From IMG/VR virus record IMGVR_UViG_3300043448_000474, positions 1 to 60,473 of that record: 60,473 nt of DNA; one strand, given 5' to 3'. The stretch comes from a virus (lineage: Duplodnaviria > Caudoviricetes). Below the pieces are notes generated by a model. It worked only from the letters and a program-made list of their open reading frames with translations. It searched no databases and was not told the DNA's origin. A program made the translations under genes and the position numbers. Positions 19,133 to 29,670 of the stretch are shown here, piece after piece. Numbering within the stretch: position 1 is the stretch's first letter; the number at the start of each line of letters is the position of its first letter.

Positions 19133-19167
19133 AAAGAAAAAGGCCCACCCCCTTTCGAGGATGGGCC
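19133..19167 (-). terminator. Rho-independent terminator
   Basis: Minus strand GGCCCATCCTC-GAAA-GGGGGTGGGCC followed by TTTTTCTTT. Confidence 0.8.
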
Positions 19168-19191
19168 ATGGTTGTTCGGGGTGCTTACCCG

Positions 19192-19437
19192 TTAGTTATT
19201 GGCTTCGACCGGGATGGGCGCAGAAGCCTCGGCAGGTGCGGGGGCTGCGAAGGTGTTGAGAAGGCGCTCGTAACCCATCACAGCGCCCTTAGACGCGATC
19301 AGGTTCTGCTGCGCCTGATTCAACTGCTGGGTAAGAACATTGATGTTCTGCTCCAGCTGCTGAATGTTCTGCAGCACGAGCTCTCGCTCACCAGTGATCT
19401 TTTGGACGATTTCAGCGTTCGGATTGATGTCAGACAT
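19192..19437 (-). CDS. Small coiled-coil protein
   Basis: Gln-rich heptads; has its own promoter/operator and terminator. Confidence 0.7.
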   Translation of the reverse strand: MSDINPNAEIVQKITGERELVLQNIQQLEQNINVLTQQLNQAQQNLIASKGAVMGYERLLNTFAAPAPAEASAPIPVEANN

Positions 19438-19446
19438 GCGCACGTA

Positions 19447-19474
19447 GGTGTAATCCACCCGATGCGGGTGTCAA
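19447..19474 (-). promoter_or_regulatory. Promoter/operator variant on the minus strand
   Basis: TTGACA-N9-GGTGGATTACACC, 10 nt before the ATG at 19437. Confidence 0.6.
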
Positions 19475-19477
19475 GAA

Positions 19478-19789
19478 TCAGTTCGTCGGAATCGGGATCA
19501 GCGTCAGCCCGAGCTTCTCGGCCACCTTCTCGTAGAGGTAGTTGTCGTCCGCACCCCATGAGGTGTAGTCGGCTCCGGTTAGCGTGATGTTTCCGGTCAT
19601 CAGGACAGGCCCCATGATCGGGGGAAGCACCTGACCATCCGGCAACGGCGGGATGTCGGTAATCTGGCGCACCTCGTACTGTGCCGAGCAAGACTGGAAC
19701 AGCTGCACGTTCACGTACGGGATGGCGATGGCGTTGGCGGTTTTCTCCAACACGGGAGCCGGTTGGATCATTCGGTAGTTGGGTTGCAT
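19478..19789 (-). CDS. Small tail-associated hypothetical protein
   Basis: Follows the fibre genes; GNITLTGADYTSWG.DD.Y..VAEKLGL motif; start placed at MQPNY. Confidence 0.6.
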   Translation of the reverse strand: MQPNYRMIQPAPVLEKTANAIAIPYVNVQLFQSCSAQYEVRQITDIPPLPDGQVLPPIMGPVLMTGNITLTGADYTSWGADDNYLYEKVAEKLGLTLIPIPTN

Positions 19790-19790
19790 A

Positions 19791-20267
19791 TCAGTTTTCT
19801 TTGAGCACTTCTGGTGTGAAGGCGTTAAGTGTCTCCGGTGTATCGTACGCCGACATGTCAATCAACGTAACGTCGCGGAGAAGTTTTTTCTTGGCGGTGA
19901 TCTCCGCAACCTGTGCGGCATTCCCCTCCTCCAAACTCCGCATGAACTCCACGTCGAGCTTTTCCAGGAGGGGTTTTCTAATGGTTCGGAAATGCTTGCG
20001 CTTGAGATCGTCTGCGGCCGACTTGCTCCATGTTACTGCACCACCTGGAGTCAGTCGCCACGCCTCAAAGAAGAGGTTCATTCCATTCAGGCTTGAGGAG
20101 TCCACTATGAATGACTGCCGCACCGATCCGTCTGGCAGCTGCGGCACGTCATTTTTCTGAACCCAGGCGGCGATCTGCAGTTCTTGCTCTGCCGTGATGT
20201 CGGCAGGATAGCATGGGGTTGCCACGCTCACCCACCCGTCGTCGTTAGTGTATATGATTACTTTCAT
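19791..20267 (-). CDS. Tail fibre assembly-like protein
   Basis: Directly after the long fibre; R.PLLEKLDVEFMR..KKKLLRDVT motif. Confidence 0.7.
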   Translation of the reverse strand: MKVIIYTNDDGWVSVATPCYPADITAEQELQIAAWVQKNDVPQLPDGSVRQSFIVDSSSLNGMNLFFEAWRLTPGGAVTWSKSAADDLKRKHFRTIRKPLLEKLDVEFMRSLEEGNAAQVAEITAKKKLLRDVTLIDMSAYDTPETLNAFTPEVLKEN

Positions 20268-23200
20268 TATGCTGCTATAAATGCAACTCCGATTGATACG
20301 CTGTCGTATAGAGTTGCGTTTCCTGGATATTCACATGCAATGCGGCAACTTCCGGTTGCCTTAGCTCCCGAACGACGCGGTATTCCAATATACAGGTTGT
20401 AATTCGATGAGTTGTTTGTCGTGTCAAGTTGTGCGTACCCAGAAACAACGTAGTTGGTATTTGCCAGTGCGCTGGAAAAATTAACAGTGTAGTCTCCGGT
20501 GGCGTTTTTTGTAATGCTGCTTACGTTGAACGATGCATTTGGGCTCTGAGAGCTCGCAAAATTGCCATTGAACTCACACCACGCCACAACTCGCCCACCG
20601 ATCGTGGTAGTCAGGTTTCCTGCGGCACGGGTCAACGTGAGCGTTCCTGCCGATATTCCGACTGCAGTGGTGTCCCGGTTCTCGTAGTAGGACGCTGCCT
20701 GGCCGTTCAGTTGAGTTGAGTTTGTGGCGCTAGACGCGGACGATGCGCTACCAGCCGAGTCCGCATAAGATACGCTGCAACCAGCGTGGACAGTATCGTT
20801 GCTGTAGTATCCATCTAGTCTCCAGTACGTCCCGGTCCAGTAGTTCTGGACGCTGTACGCATCGTTTGCATCTCGGCGGTATAGACGGTACGGACCCGGA
20901 CGAGCAGCCGATGTCCACATTCCAGTCTGGCCAGTGATTCCGCTTGCAGCGACAGCACTTGCCGTAGCCGCGTTTCCAGAGCAGCTGGTTGAGCTACCCG
21001 AGATGTTCATCGTGTTGCCGCTCAACATGCTCGCCAGTGATGCCATGTTGATCTCGACCGGGGCCTGTGCCGCAGACGGGCTGCTGTTGCCGAGTACCGT
21101 GTACGCCGTTACGTTCTGGATCTTGGCGTATGTAACGACGCTATTGGCCAGTTTGGCCGTGGTGGAGACAGCGCCGTCAGCGATTCCGCTCGCCGTTGTG
21201 CATGTTGCGGCGTTTCCAGTACACGAGGCTGAGCTACCAGTGATGTTGATGCCCCAAGATCCTGAAGCTCCACCACCAGTCAGAGTTGGCGCGTAGCTGT
21301 TGTAGTTCCCGCTGTGTAGGTGCGCCCTCCACGCGGTAAACGTGCCGTTGTTAGCGCCGGTTCCTCCTGAATACGTCCTAGACCACAGCACCTCGTCGTA
21401 GTAGCTCATCGCCAACTGGAAGCCGTGGTCATTTCCAGTGTTGCTGTGCCTGACGTTGATCAGGTTGTACCACGTTGCGGTCGGAGAGTTGGTTGCTTGA
21501 TACCCTTGGTAAAACCCGGATGGCAGCGAGTTATTGAAGTTTGATATTTCAAGAATCAGGTTCTGATTCCCAGCCCATCCAGGCTTTACTGTAAACCCGT
21601 TCGTGGCAGTAGCCGCGTTGCCAGTGATGCTGATGCCCCACGTTCCAGACGCGCCAGTGCCTGTTAATGTTGGGGCGTAGTTATTGTAGTTTCCTCCGTG
21701 CAGGAGTTCATACCATGAAGTAAATGAACCACCCCAAACGCTTCTCAGCCACAAACGGTTGTTTCCTGCGCCTCCGACAATCTGCCAACCGTAACGAGAA
21801 GACCCGTTCGTGTAATGAACAGCCTGTATTCCAGTATGGTGTGATGAGTCTCCTGGGTTGTTTGCTGGGCTGCTCCACGAGTCAGTGAATCCGCTGCCCC
21901 AGTCGAATATTGAGTTCCAGTCGGTGGTTCCCCAACCCATGACGCCAGTCCAGTAATTGCTGTCACTGGTAAGGTTGGGCCTTGAGTTTGCCCACTTGGA
22001 CGTGATTCCAAGATGAGCCTTGGCCGTTGCGAAAGGTGCTTGCCTGATGTTCGCGTCGGTCGACATGAACACCGTGGTTGGCAACGAGTTGCCAATGCTT
22101 GCCTGATGAGTTCCGAAAGACGGGAAATTAATGTCTGTGACGCACCTGTTCCATGTCTGCCAACTTGAAGATGTCCATCCGCCACGGAACACAAGATCGT
22201 TTCCAGCGTGGCTGATGTAGACCTGAGCTCTTGCGTCCGATCCTGTTCCGAAGTTGATCAGTGTTCCGTACTTGTACGAGGCATTAGTCGGGAAGTTTGA
22301 GCTTCCGGTGCTGGTCGGGAGATTGAAGTTTTCCTGGTACATCTGGTGTACCGTCTGAGCGGTATTGCCAAACGTGTCCCAGTTTCCGTACCCAGGATGA
22401 CCAGCGGCGCGTAGGTATGTATTGTTGAGGTAGGACGTGTAGTTACCAGAGTGAATTACTGTTTGAGCAGTACCAGAAACAGTAGCGTACAATTCTCCGT
22501 TGATCGATTTTCTGAGATCCCAGCCATTGGATGTGTTAAGGAATCCGGTTCCACCGGAATCTCCGTATAGCATTCCGAACCACGAGCCTGTAGATCCATA
22601 CAAAGCTATTGCGGACGCACCGCTGTCGGCGCTTGTAGATTTCCATGCAATCCAGTTTGCGGAACCTGCAGATAGCTGCCTTGATCCGTTATTGAGACCA
22701 GCAGCATTTCCTCCAATACTTAGGTTTGGTGCGCTAGTTGTTGCAGATGTGAGGATCGTATTTCCTCCGACCAGCCATGCGGTCGCAGCGTTGGAGATGT
22801 CCACCGTGCTGTCCGCGCTGAAGTCGGTGATGTTCGTTGGCGTCGGCGCTGTGTTGATGTACGTGTACCCAACAGGAGGATTGCTGTTGAACGTAATCAG
22901 GCGCGATGTTGTGACGCGCACGTCAACATATGCGTAGTACCTAACATCGACGTAGATCGGCAGGTAGTAATGATTACCACTGACAAACTGCTCTGATCCA
23001 AGCACCACCTGAAAGTTGTTTTCCCCAGCACCGCTCATCTCGACCAGCTTTAGAAGCGGCCGAGTTCCTGAATACCCGTATGAGACAATGTACTTCTTCT
23101 TGAGTCCTTTGCTCCAATACTGCTCACACAGTTCAATTTCAAACGTGCCAACCTGGTTCCAGTTTACGATGTCGATCGCAATACGAGCGATCTCGAAGCG

Positions 23201-26200
23201 ACGCGCCTGAGTGGTTGATGCTGAGAGCGTGTCCCAGAAGAACTGCTTCACACGCTTGGTGTTGTCCACCGCGTAGCTGCTGTAGTTGCTCGCGTGGAGA
23301 ACTTGATTTCCGTTGATCGAAGCGTTTGAGAAGTACGCAGTCGCCGAATTGTAGTCGAACCTCAGGTACGTTCCGTCGAAGTACATTCCACGGCGCGTAG
23401 TCCAGTCGTTGCTGTTCGCTAGAGACCAGAACCCGTTGTTCTCACCAGCGATGTAGCAGCCGTCTATAAGGACGCCCATCTGCCCCGTGTTCGGCAAGTC
23501 CTGCCCAAACACAACTTCGCCGCCATTAGCACTGAACCCACCCCATCTCGATCCAGGTAGGCTTGCTCCGTACCACGATCCACCTCTTGGCAATGTGTAG
23601 TTGGTGTAGTTGTTGGCATCCAGGACGTTTGCACCCTTCCACTGAAGCGAAGCGTTTCCGCGATATGCGGTCAGCAGTGTGGTCCAAGACACCGCAGCGC
23701 CAACGGTTCCAGTTGCCGCGCTGTAAACCTGGATGCCATCCGCGAGGTCGATGCGTGTGACAGCATCAGCAATGGCGTAGGTATGAGAACCGGCAGTCGC
23801 GGTGTAGTTGATGCCGTAGCTGATGCCGCCGTAGTTTCCGCCAGAGTAGCCGATGCGGACAGCGCGTGGGTTTCCCGAGTTGGAGCCACTCCACGTAACA
23901 TCGCCGCTAAAATAGCCGCTTGTTCCAGAGAGACCTCCGGTGAGAGTGCCTCCAGAGCTTGAAAAGGCATCTGTGATTCCAAATCCTCCAAGCGTTGTTG
24001 GCTTACTTGTAATCCCAGACCACGCCACGTTGGTGGCAGTCGCAGCATTTCCGGTGCAGCTTGTTGAGCTTCCGACGATGTTCATCGTCTGGCCCGACAG
24101 CATTCCCGCAAGTGTCGCCATCGACAGGGCAGCAGGGGCTTGAGCTACTGAGGCGCTGCTGTTTCCAAGAACGCTCGATACTGCCACGTTCTGAATCTTC
24201 GCGTAGGTAACCGCTGAGTTTGCGATCGTCGCCGCAAACGAAAGATTGGCAGTGCCGTCAAAAGTGCCACTTGTTGCCGTGACATCTCCCGTAAGCGCGA
24301 TCGTCCTACCAGTAGCCCACCTTGCCGCACTGCCGCCGACGTTCAGACTGTTTGCGGTTCCGGTAAGCCCTGTCCCTGCACCGGTGAAGCTAGACCCAGA
24401 CACAGTTCCGGTTGCGCTGACGTTTCCTGGCAGCGTTAGATTTCCGTACAGCGTGATGTTCCGACTTCCATCCCAGTCATACACTCGGTTGAACGAGGAG
24501 TACCCGCCCATGATTCCGATGTGTCCGACAGAGATCGCGTTGTTCGGGTAACCGGACGGGCCGTTGTTTCCGATCAACTCGAACACCATCCGAACGTCGC
24601 GAGTGTCCCACCATCCGCTGACGTTGACGTGCGACGTGAACGTGTACCCAGGCCATGAACTGATTCCGTTTACCCTGTACGATTCAGCACCAAACACACC
24701 ATTCAGGTCGCTCTTGTAGAACACGAAGTTCATCGAGTGACCGTTGGTCGAGTGGCACAGTGTGAAGTGGGAGAAGAAGTGGTATCCGAAGTTGACCCAC
24801 GTCATCCGAACCTTGGTCCAAGCTCCGATGTTGGACCCGACGTTCATGTTGAACCCGCCCCACTTACCAAACACCTTCCCATCGAAAACGTCGCTGCTAA
24901 TCGTGGTTGCGACCCAATTTACTCCATCGACAGTGTACTCGACAGTTGTTGGAGGACGGAAAGCTATGAGGTTCTGAACAGAGTCAGTGCCCCACAGGCG
25001 CTGCATGTTTCCAGATCCGTAGATGTCGCCCTGCGTGAACCCATTTGGGTCCACCTGATACATCGCATCGGTGATGCCGTAGCCGGACAACGTCGTCGGC
25101 TTTCCGGTCACGCCTGACCAAGGGACCGCACCAGCAGTGAGGCTGCTCGCGGTTCCAGTGAGGCCAGTTCCAGCACCGCTGAAGCTGACCGCATTGATTC
25201 CGCCTGAGGCGTCACGCTGCGCAAGCCTGTTTGCCGTTGCTGCAGTGTCAGCGCCCACCGTGATTGTGCCACTTCCAGCACTAATTCCGATGCGAAGGCC
25301 GCCGCGAGCCTCGATAGGACTTTCAACGTATAGACCCGCTGTCTGACCAGTCTTCGGGAGGTAGAGTCCGTATGACGCGAAGTTTGCGACGTCATCTGTG
25401 GACTCGGATCTTATGCTGAGACGGCCGCCACCCTTGTATATTCCGTTGGTGGAATCCGTGAAGTACAGCGTTCCTGTAAGCGTCCCACCACTCAGCGGCA
25501 ATGCATCAGTGATTCCGTAACCACTCAGCGTGGTCGGTTTGCTAGTAATACCAGACCACGGAACTGACGAAGCAGATGCAGCGTTTCCTGTGCAAGATGT
25601 TGATGAACCGGATATGTTCATCGTCTGACCACTCAGCATCGTGGCCACCTGAGCAGCCGTGAGGTCGGACGGGCTATTTGCAACAGCACCATTGTTACCC
25701 TTGATGGTACCTGCGCCCATCGTGTTCAGCTTCGCATTTGTAATTGTGCTGTTTGGGATTGTAGTCGTAATAGCCGTTGTCCCTGTGCCCGTAACATCCC
25801 CAGACAGCGTGATGCTCTGGTTTCCGGTTAGGTAGCGACCATCGAGGCTGACCGTCAGATTGCCTGTAGCGCGAGTCAGCGTCAGTGTTCCACCAGAGAA
25901 TCCGACCGCTGTAGTGTCTCTGTTTTCATAGTACGCGCCATGTTGACCATCCAGCAGGTCAGAGTTCAGGTTTGTTACTGCTGTTGTTGAAGCAACCGAG
26001 AACGGCGCTGTTCCAGTTGCTACGCTGCTCGTGATTTGACTCGCAAATGTGGCTGAACCAGCAACAACCAGCTTTGCAAGTTTTTGCGTCCAATCAATAG
26101 TTGGCGCATATACCGTGCCGGTGGTTGACCCATTTGGAGGTGTGCCTGAAACGTAAGTAACTACTGTTCCAGAGTTTATAGTTGCCTCTGCTGTGTAAAC

Positions 26201-27529
26201 ATACGTCTGCCAATCAGCCAACTGACGGATCTGCAACTCGTACACTCCAAGTGCCGTTTTTACGACGCGCACATAATCCGAAACTGGTCCAGTAACCCAG
26301 GCGTCGTTGTACGAGTCCTGCACACCGCCGCTTCTGCGGCATGAGGCAAAAAACGTCATCGGGTAACAGTCAGAGTTCCACCCGAAATTGCCTTGGTTGT
26401 CTACTACATCTACACGAAAAGTGACTGCTCGGTATAACCCAACTCCGATAGTGATGTCGGCTATCTTCTTCCAGTTGAGATCCTGTCCACCACCGTAATA
26501 TACGGTGTATATTTGCTGACGGTTGCTGTACTGAACGGTAGTGGCAGCGTAAAACGCTCCGCCAGATGTAAGTGCAGAGTTTACAGTAAGGTTACCTGAC
26601 TTGGTCTGCGCAGTTGCCGAAGTGTCTAATGCGTCAGTTATTCCAAACCCCGCCAGAGTTGTCGGTTTGCTTGTTATTCCAGACCACGCCACATTAGTGG
26701 CTGTCGCGGCATTGCCTGTGCAGGAGGTCGAAGATCCGACGATGCTCATCGTCTGACCACTGAGCATTCCTGCTAGGGTGGCCATCGAAAGTTCCTGCGG
26801 TGCCTGTGCCACCGAGGCGCTGCTGTTGCCGAGCACGCTGGACACCGCGACGTTCTGAATCTTGGCGTAGGTGACTACAGAGGCGGCGATCTTCGCCGAG
26901 GTCGATACGGCACCATCAGCAATGTTTGTTGCGATCGCAGCGGTTCCGCCAATGTTCAACGCAGCAGCGGTTCCGGTAAGCCCTGTTCCTGGACCAGAAA
27001 AATTGGTCCCGGTAACCGTTCCAGTGAACGTCGAGTATCCTCCGTAGTTGGACGAGTCGAGCAGCTTTTTCCACGCGCCCCAGGTCGTGTTGCTACCGCT
27101 GCGCTGCCACACGTTCCCGTTGTCCGTGAACCCAAGCTGGTGAGACGACCCGCCGGTCCAGTCAGTGCCGCTACCGTACTGGCGGAACGTCAACAGTCCG
27201 AAGTAGTTTCCGCCGTCGTTTAGTCCGTTCGACGAGTTCGCCTTGAAGTCGAAGACGACACCCCTGTTGATGGTCTGAGGGGTTGTCGCATCATCGCGCG
27301 TGTCGGCCACGAAAACAGCGTACGAATACCCAGTGACTGAAATGGGGTAACTCCCAGAAAGACGCCCAGCAGCGAGAGTCCCGGTGAAGTTGGCGCAGTC
27401 GAGGTAGTAGGCCCCGTGCTGACCGTCTAAAAGGTCAGCGTTGAGGTTTATGACGGCTGCGGTCTGGTTGACCGTGAACGGGGGTACACCCGCTGCGGTG
27501 ACGATCTGCAGTTGGCTCTCAAACTTCAT
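20267..27529 (-). CDS. Long tail fibre/adhesin (2420 aa)
   Basis: Thr/Gly/Ser/Ala-rich; LNADLLDGQHG; repeated WSGITSKPTTL.G.GITDA and GNAATAT shaft motifs; several knob-like domains. Confidence 0.88.
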   Translation of the reverse strand: MKFESQLQIVTAAGVPPFTVNQTAAVINLNADLLDGQHGAYYLDCANFTGTLAAGRLSGSYPISVTGYSYAVFVADTRDDATTPQTINRGVVFDFKANSSNGLNDGGNYFGLLTFRQYGSGTDWTGGSSHQLGFTDNGNVWQRSGSNTTWGAWKKLLDSSNYGGYSTFTGTVTGTNFSGPGTGLTGTAAALNIGGTAAIATNIADGAVSTSAKIAASVVTYAKIQNVAVSSVLGNSSASVAQAPQELSMATLAGMLSGQTMSIVGSSTSCTGNAATATNVAWSGITSKPTTLAGFGITDALDTSATAQTKSGNLTVNSALTSGGAFYAATTVQYSNRQQIYTVYYGGGQDLNWKKIADITIGVGLYRAVTFRVDVVDNQGNFGWNSDCYPMTFFASCRRSGGVQDSYNDAWVTGPVSDYVRVVKTALGVYELQIRQLADWQTYVYTAEATINSGTVVTYVSGTPPNGSTTGTVYAPTIDWTQKLAKLVVAGSATFASQITSSVATGTAPFSVASTTAVTNLNSDLLDGQHGAYYENRDTTAVGFSGGTLTLTRATGNLTVSLDGRYLTGNQSITLSGDVTGTGTTAITTTIPNSTITNAKLNTMGAGTIKGNNGAVANSPSDLTAAQVATMLSGQTMNISGSSTSCTGNAASASSVPWSGITSKPTTLSGYGITDALPLSGGTLTGTLYFTDSTNGIYKGGGRLSIRSESTDDVANFASYGLYLPKTGQTAGLYVESPIEARGGLRIGISAGSGTITVGADTAATANRLAQRDASGGINAVSFSGAGTGLTGTASSLTAGAVPWSGVTGKPTTLSGYGITDAMYQVDPNGFTQGDIYGSGNMQRLWGTDSVQNLIAFRPPTTVEYTVDGVNWVATTISSDVFDGKVFGKWGGFNMNVGSNIGAWTKVRMTWVNFGYHFFSHFTLCHSTNGHSMNFVFYKSDLNGVFGAESYRVNGISSWPGYTFTSHVNVSGWWDTRDVRMVFELIGNNGPSGYPNNAISVGHIGIMGGYSSFNRVYDWDGSRNITLYGNLTLPGNVSATGTVSGSSFTGAGTGLTGTANSLNVGGSAARWATGRTIALTGDVTATSGTFDGTANLSFAATIANSAVTYAKIQNVAVSSVLGNSSASVAQAPAALSMATLAGMLSGQTMNIVGSSTSCTGNAATATNVAWSGITSKPTTLGGFGITDAFSSSGGTLTGGLSGTSGYFSGDVTWSGSNSGNPRAVRIGYSGGNYGGISYGINYTATAGSHTYAIADAVTRIDLADGIQVYSAATGTVGAAVSWTTLLTAYRGNASLQWKGANVLDANNYTNYTLPRGGSWYGASLPGSRWGGFSANGGEVVFGQDLPNTGQMGVLIDGCYIAGENNGFWSLANSNDWTTRRGMYFDGTYLRFDYNSATAYFSNASINGNQVLHASNYSSYAVDNTKRVKQFFWDTLSASTTQARRFEIARIAIDIVNWNQVGTFEIELCEQYWSKGLKKKYIVSYGYSGTRPLLKLVEMSGAGENNFQVVLGSEQFVSGNHYYLPIYVDVRYYAYVDVRVTTSRLITFNSNPPVGYTYINTAPTPTNITDFSADSTVDISNAATAWLVGGNTILTSATTSAPNLSIGGNAAGLNNGSRQLSAGSANWIAWKSTSADSGASAIALYGSTGSWFGMLYGDSGGTGFLNTSNGWDLRKSINGELYATVSGTAQTVIHSGNYTSYLNNTYLRAAGHPGYGNWDTFGNTAQTVHQMYQENFNLPTSTGSSNFPTNASYKYGTLINFGTGSDARAQVYISHAGNDLVFRGGWTSSSWQTWNRCVTDINFPSFGTHQASIGNSLPTTVFMSTDANIRQAPFATAKAHLGITSKWANSRPNLTSDSNYWTGVMGWGTTDWNSIFDWGSGFTDSWSSPANNPGDSSHHTGIQAVHYTNGSSRYGWQIVGGAGNNRLWLRSVWGGSFTSWYELLHGGNYNNYAPTLTGTGASGTWGISITGNAATATNGFTVKPGWAGNQNLILEISNFNNSLPSGFYQGYQATNSPTATWYNLINVRHSNTGNDHGFQLAMSYYDEVLWSRTYSGGTGANNGTFTAWRAHLHSGNYNSYAPTLTGGGASGSWGINITGSSASCTGNAATCTTASGIADGAVSTTAKLANSVVTYAKIQNVTAYTVLGNSSPSAAQAPVEINMASLASMLSGNTMNISGSSTSCSGNAATASAVAASGITGQTGMWTSAARPGPYRLYRRDANDAYSVQNYWTGTYWRLDGYYSNDTVHAGCSVSYADSAGSASSASSATNSTQLNGQAASYYENRDTTAVGISAGTLTLTRAAGNLTTTIGGRVVAWCEFNGNFASSQSPNASFNVSSITKNATGDYTVNFSSALANTNYVVSGYAQLDTTNNSSNYNLYIGIPRRSGAKATGSCRIACEYPGNATLYDSVSIGVAFIAA

Positions 27530-27541
27530 GCTGATGGGGTA

Positions 27542-29662
27542 TTAGTAGCCGACAACAACCCAGCGATACGCGGCAGCATTGGCTGGTGCAACAGCGAACG
27601 TGAACTTGACGGTGTTAGAATCGAACGTCTGCGTGTTCACGAAGATCTGATTGTCCGACGAATCGTAGATGTCCACGACGACGTTCTTTGTGTTCAGATT
27701 GTGAACGGCGTTGAATACGGTGGTAGAGCCGTCACCAGTGATTCCGCCGGACACCATTGCCGCAAGCTGGGCGTTTCTGTCCGTCAGCGAGTAGGTTCGT
27801 AGCGTTGATCCGCCGGTCGTGAACTGGGCGTAGGCAGTGCCGGTGCCGCCGTTACCAGCAGCAAGGACTCCTGTGACGGCCGAACCGTTCGCCAGATTGA
27901 CGGCACCGAAACCAAGGGCTGTTCCGTTGGAGTCAACCCGAAGCACCTGATTAGCCGCGCCTGTGATTGCACCCCCATTAGCAGCTGATCCCGTCGAGTT
28001 GCCGAACACCGACAGACCTGCGATCTGTTGGAACTTCGAGTAGGTGACCGCGTTGGCCGCGATGGTAAGGCCACCGGCAGCAGCGATGGTGGCATCACCC
28101 GACATCGTGACGAATGTTGGAACACCACCCGCGCTACCAAGAACGATCTGCCCTGATGTCGGCGCAGCAGTCTGGCCCATTGCGCTCGCGCCACCATAGA
28201 ACAGCCCGTTTGTCGTCCAGGATGACAGGCCGGTACCGCCATTACCAATAGGCAGAATACCGCTGACGTGGTTGGTTAGCGTGACCTTGTCCCAGCTTGG
28301 CGCTGTGCCGACGCCTCCAGAGATCAGGACATTGCCAACTGCAACACCAGCTAGTTTAGACAGCGCGTTAGCTCCACTAGCGTAGAGTATGTCGCCGATT
28401 GTGTAAGACGACTGACCAGTGCCGCCGTTACCGGCAGCTAATGTTCCAACGACTGCGGCTGTTGCACTGACATCGATCGCCCCAAATGCAGGAGTGCCTC
28501 CACCGGCCGGGATTCGGAGCACTTGATACGCAGCACCAGCAGCAATGAATCCTATGGAAGTGGTTCCGTTGGCATACGGAATAGTGTTCTGCGTGTAGTC
28601 CGAGTTCTGGGCAAAATGGAACTGAGAACCGTTCAGCACCATGCCGCGACCAGCCGTGTACGAACCAGCGCCCGAGAACTGCACCCAGTTTAGCGCGGTA
28701 GTGTCGAGGGCCACCGGAGCATCGGCGGTCATCACCCACCCGGTGTCTTTATTGACGGTTCCCTCTTCGATGAACGTGAACGATCCTGGGCTTGCCTTGG
28801 CGCTCGTGTTGAAGTCGGTGGCTCGGGTGAGAACCCAGGCCGAACCATAACTACCAATGGCAGTGACGGTATAGATACCGTTCTGGCTTGCGACCGACTG
28901 GCTCTTGACCAGGACTCGGTCGTTTACGGCCATCGTGACGCCGTCCAGCACCAACGGCTGACTGGGGCCAGTAATAGTCTTAGTACCCGCCGAATACGTG
29001 CCGCCGAGGTCCGCAGTCGTAGATGATCGGCAGGACGCCTTTGGATCAAGCCCTTGAGCAGTGGAGTCGACGTAGTTCTTTGTGGCCGCGTCTTGCGGGT
29101 TAGCAGGATCCGCAAGGTTCGTGATCTTCTGGCCGCCAAACGCAACGTCTGCATTCGGGGCACCAAGCTCGGAGATGAGGAACGTGTTCTTTGCAACCGC
29201 TGCGCCAACTCCACTGCCGTTGCCGACGATGATCTGGTTGTTCGCCAGAGTGATTTCGCTGGGCACTATCGACAGCGTCGTCACGTTCAGAACGACGGCA
29301 CCTGTTCCGTTGAACGCTACCGCAGCCGCTGTCGCCTTGCCGGTGATTGAGAAGTTCTGCGAGGCGGCAAGCTGCGAAGCCTGAGACGCGAGACCCGCGA
29401 AGTTGGGGGCGGTGATTGTTCCGGCCGTGCTGAAGCTACCGGCCGAGTCACGCAGGACCACCGTGCTGCTCGCGGAGGTGGACGCCGGATAGATCGTATT
29501 CCACGACGTGCCATTACTCCAATTCAGGAGGTTGTTGGCCGTGTCCATCCAGAACGCACCTTTGTTTCCGGCACCAGCCGTGAAAGGGGCTGATGCGGAG
29601 TTTTGGGTGCGGAACTGGATGATCTCCAGCAGCCCCATGTCGATTGAAGAATAGAACCTCAT
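27542..29662 (-). CDS. Tail fibre/baseplate-like protein
   Basis: KITNLADP..QDAATKNYVD, DRVLVK.Q....NGIY, NGGTG repeats; C-terminal HNLNT domain. Confidence 0.8.
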   Translation of the reverse strand: MRFYSSIDMGLLEIIQFRTQNSASAPFTAGAGNKGAFWMDTANNLLNWSNGTSWNTIYPASTSASSTVVLRDSAGSFSTAGTITAPNFAGLASQASQLAASQNFSITGKATAAAVAFNGTGAVVLNVTTLSIVPSEITLANNQIIVGNGSGVGAAVAKNTFLISELGAPNADVAFGGQKITNLADPANPQDAATKNYVDSTAQGLDPKASCRSSTTADLGGTYSAGTKTITGPSQPLVLDGVTMAVNDRVLVKSQSVASQNGIYTVTAIGSYGSAWVLTRATDFNTSAKASPGSFTFIEEGTVNKDTGWVMTADAPVALDTTALNWVQFSGAGSYTAGRGMVLNGSQFHFAQNSDYTQNTIPYANGTTSIGFIAAGAAYQVLRIPAGGGTPAFGAIDVSATAAVVGTLAAGNGGTGQSSYTIGDILYASGANALSKLAGVAVGNVLISGGVGTAPSWDKVTLTNHVSGILPIGNGGTGLSSWTTNGLFYGGASAMGQTAAPTSGQIVLGSAGGVPTFVTMSGDATIAAAGGLTIAANAVTYSKFQQIAGLSVFGNSTGSAANGGAITGAANQVLRVDSNGTALGFGAVNLANGSAVTGVLAAGNGGTGTAYAQFTTGGSTLRTYSLTDRNAQLAAMVSGGITGDGSTTVFNAVHNLNTKNVVVDIYDSSDNQIFVNTQTFDSNTVKFTFAVAPANAAAYRWVVVGY

Positions 29663-29670
29663 ATCTTTTC

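Noticed and set aside
20267-27529. Possible diversity-generating retroelement target in the tail fibre
   Set aside because: No reverse transcriptase in the window, and I saw no adenine-specific TR/VR pair
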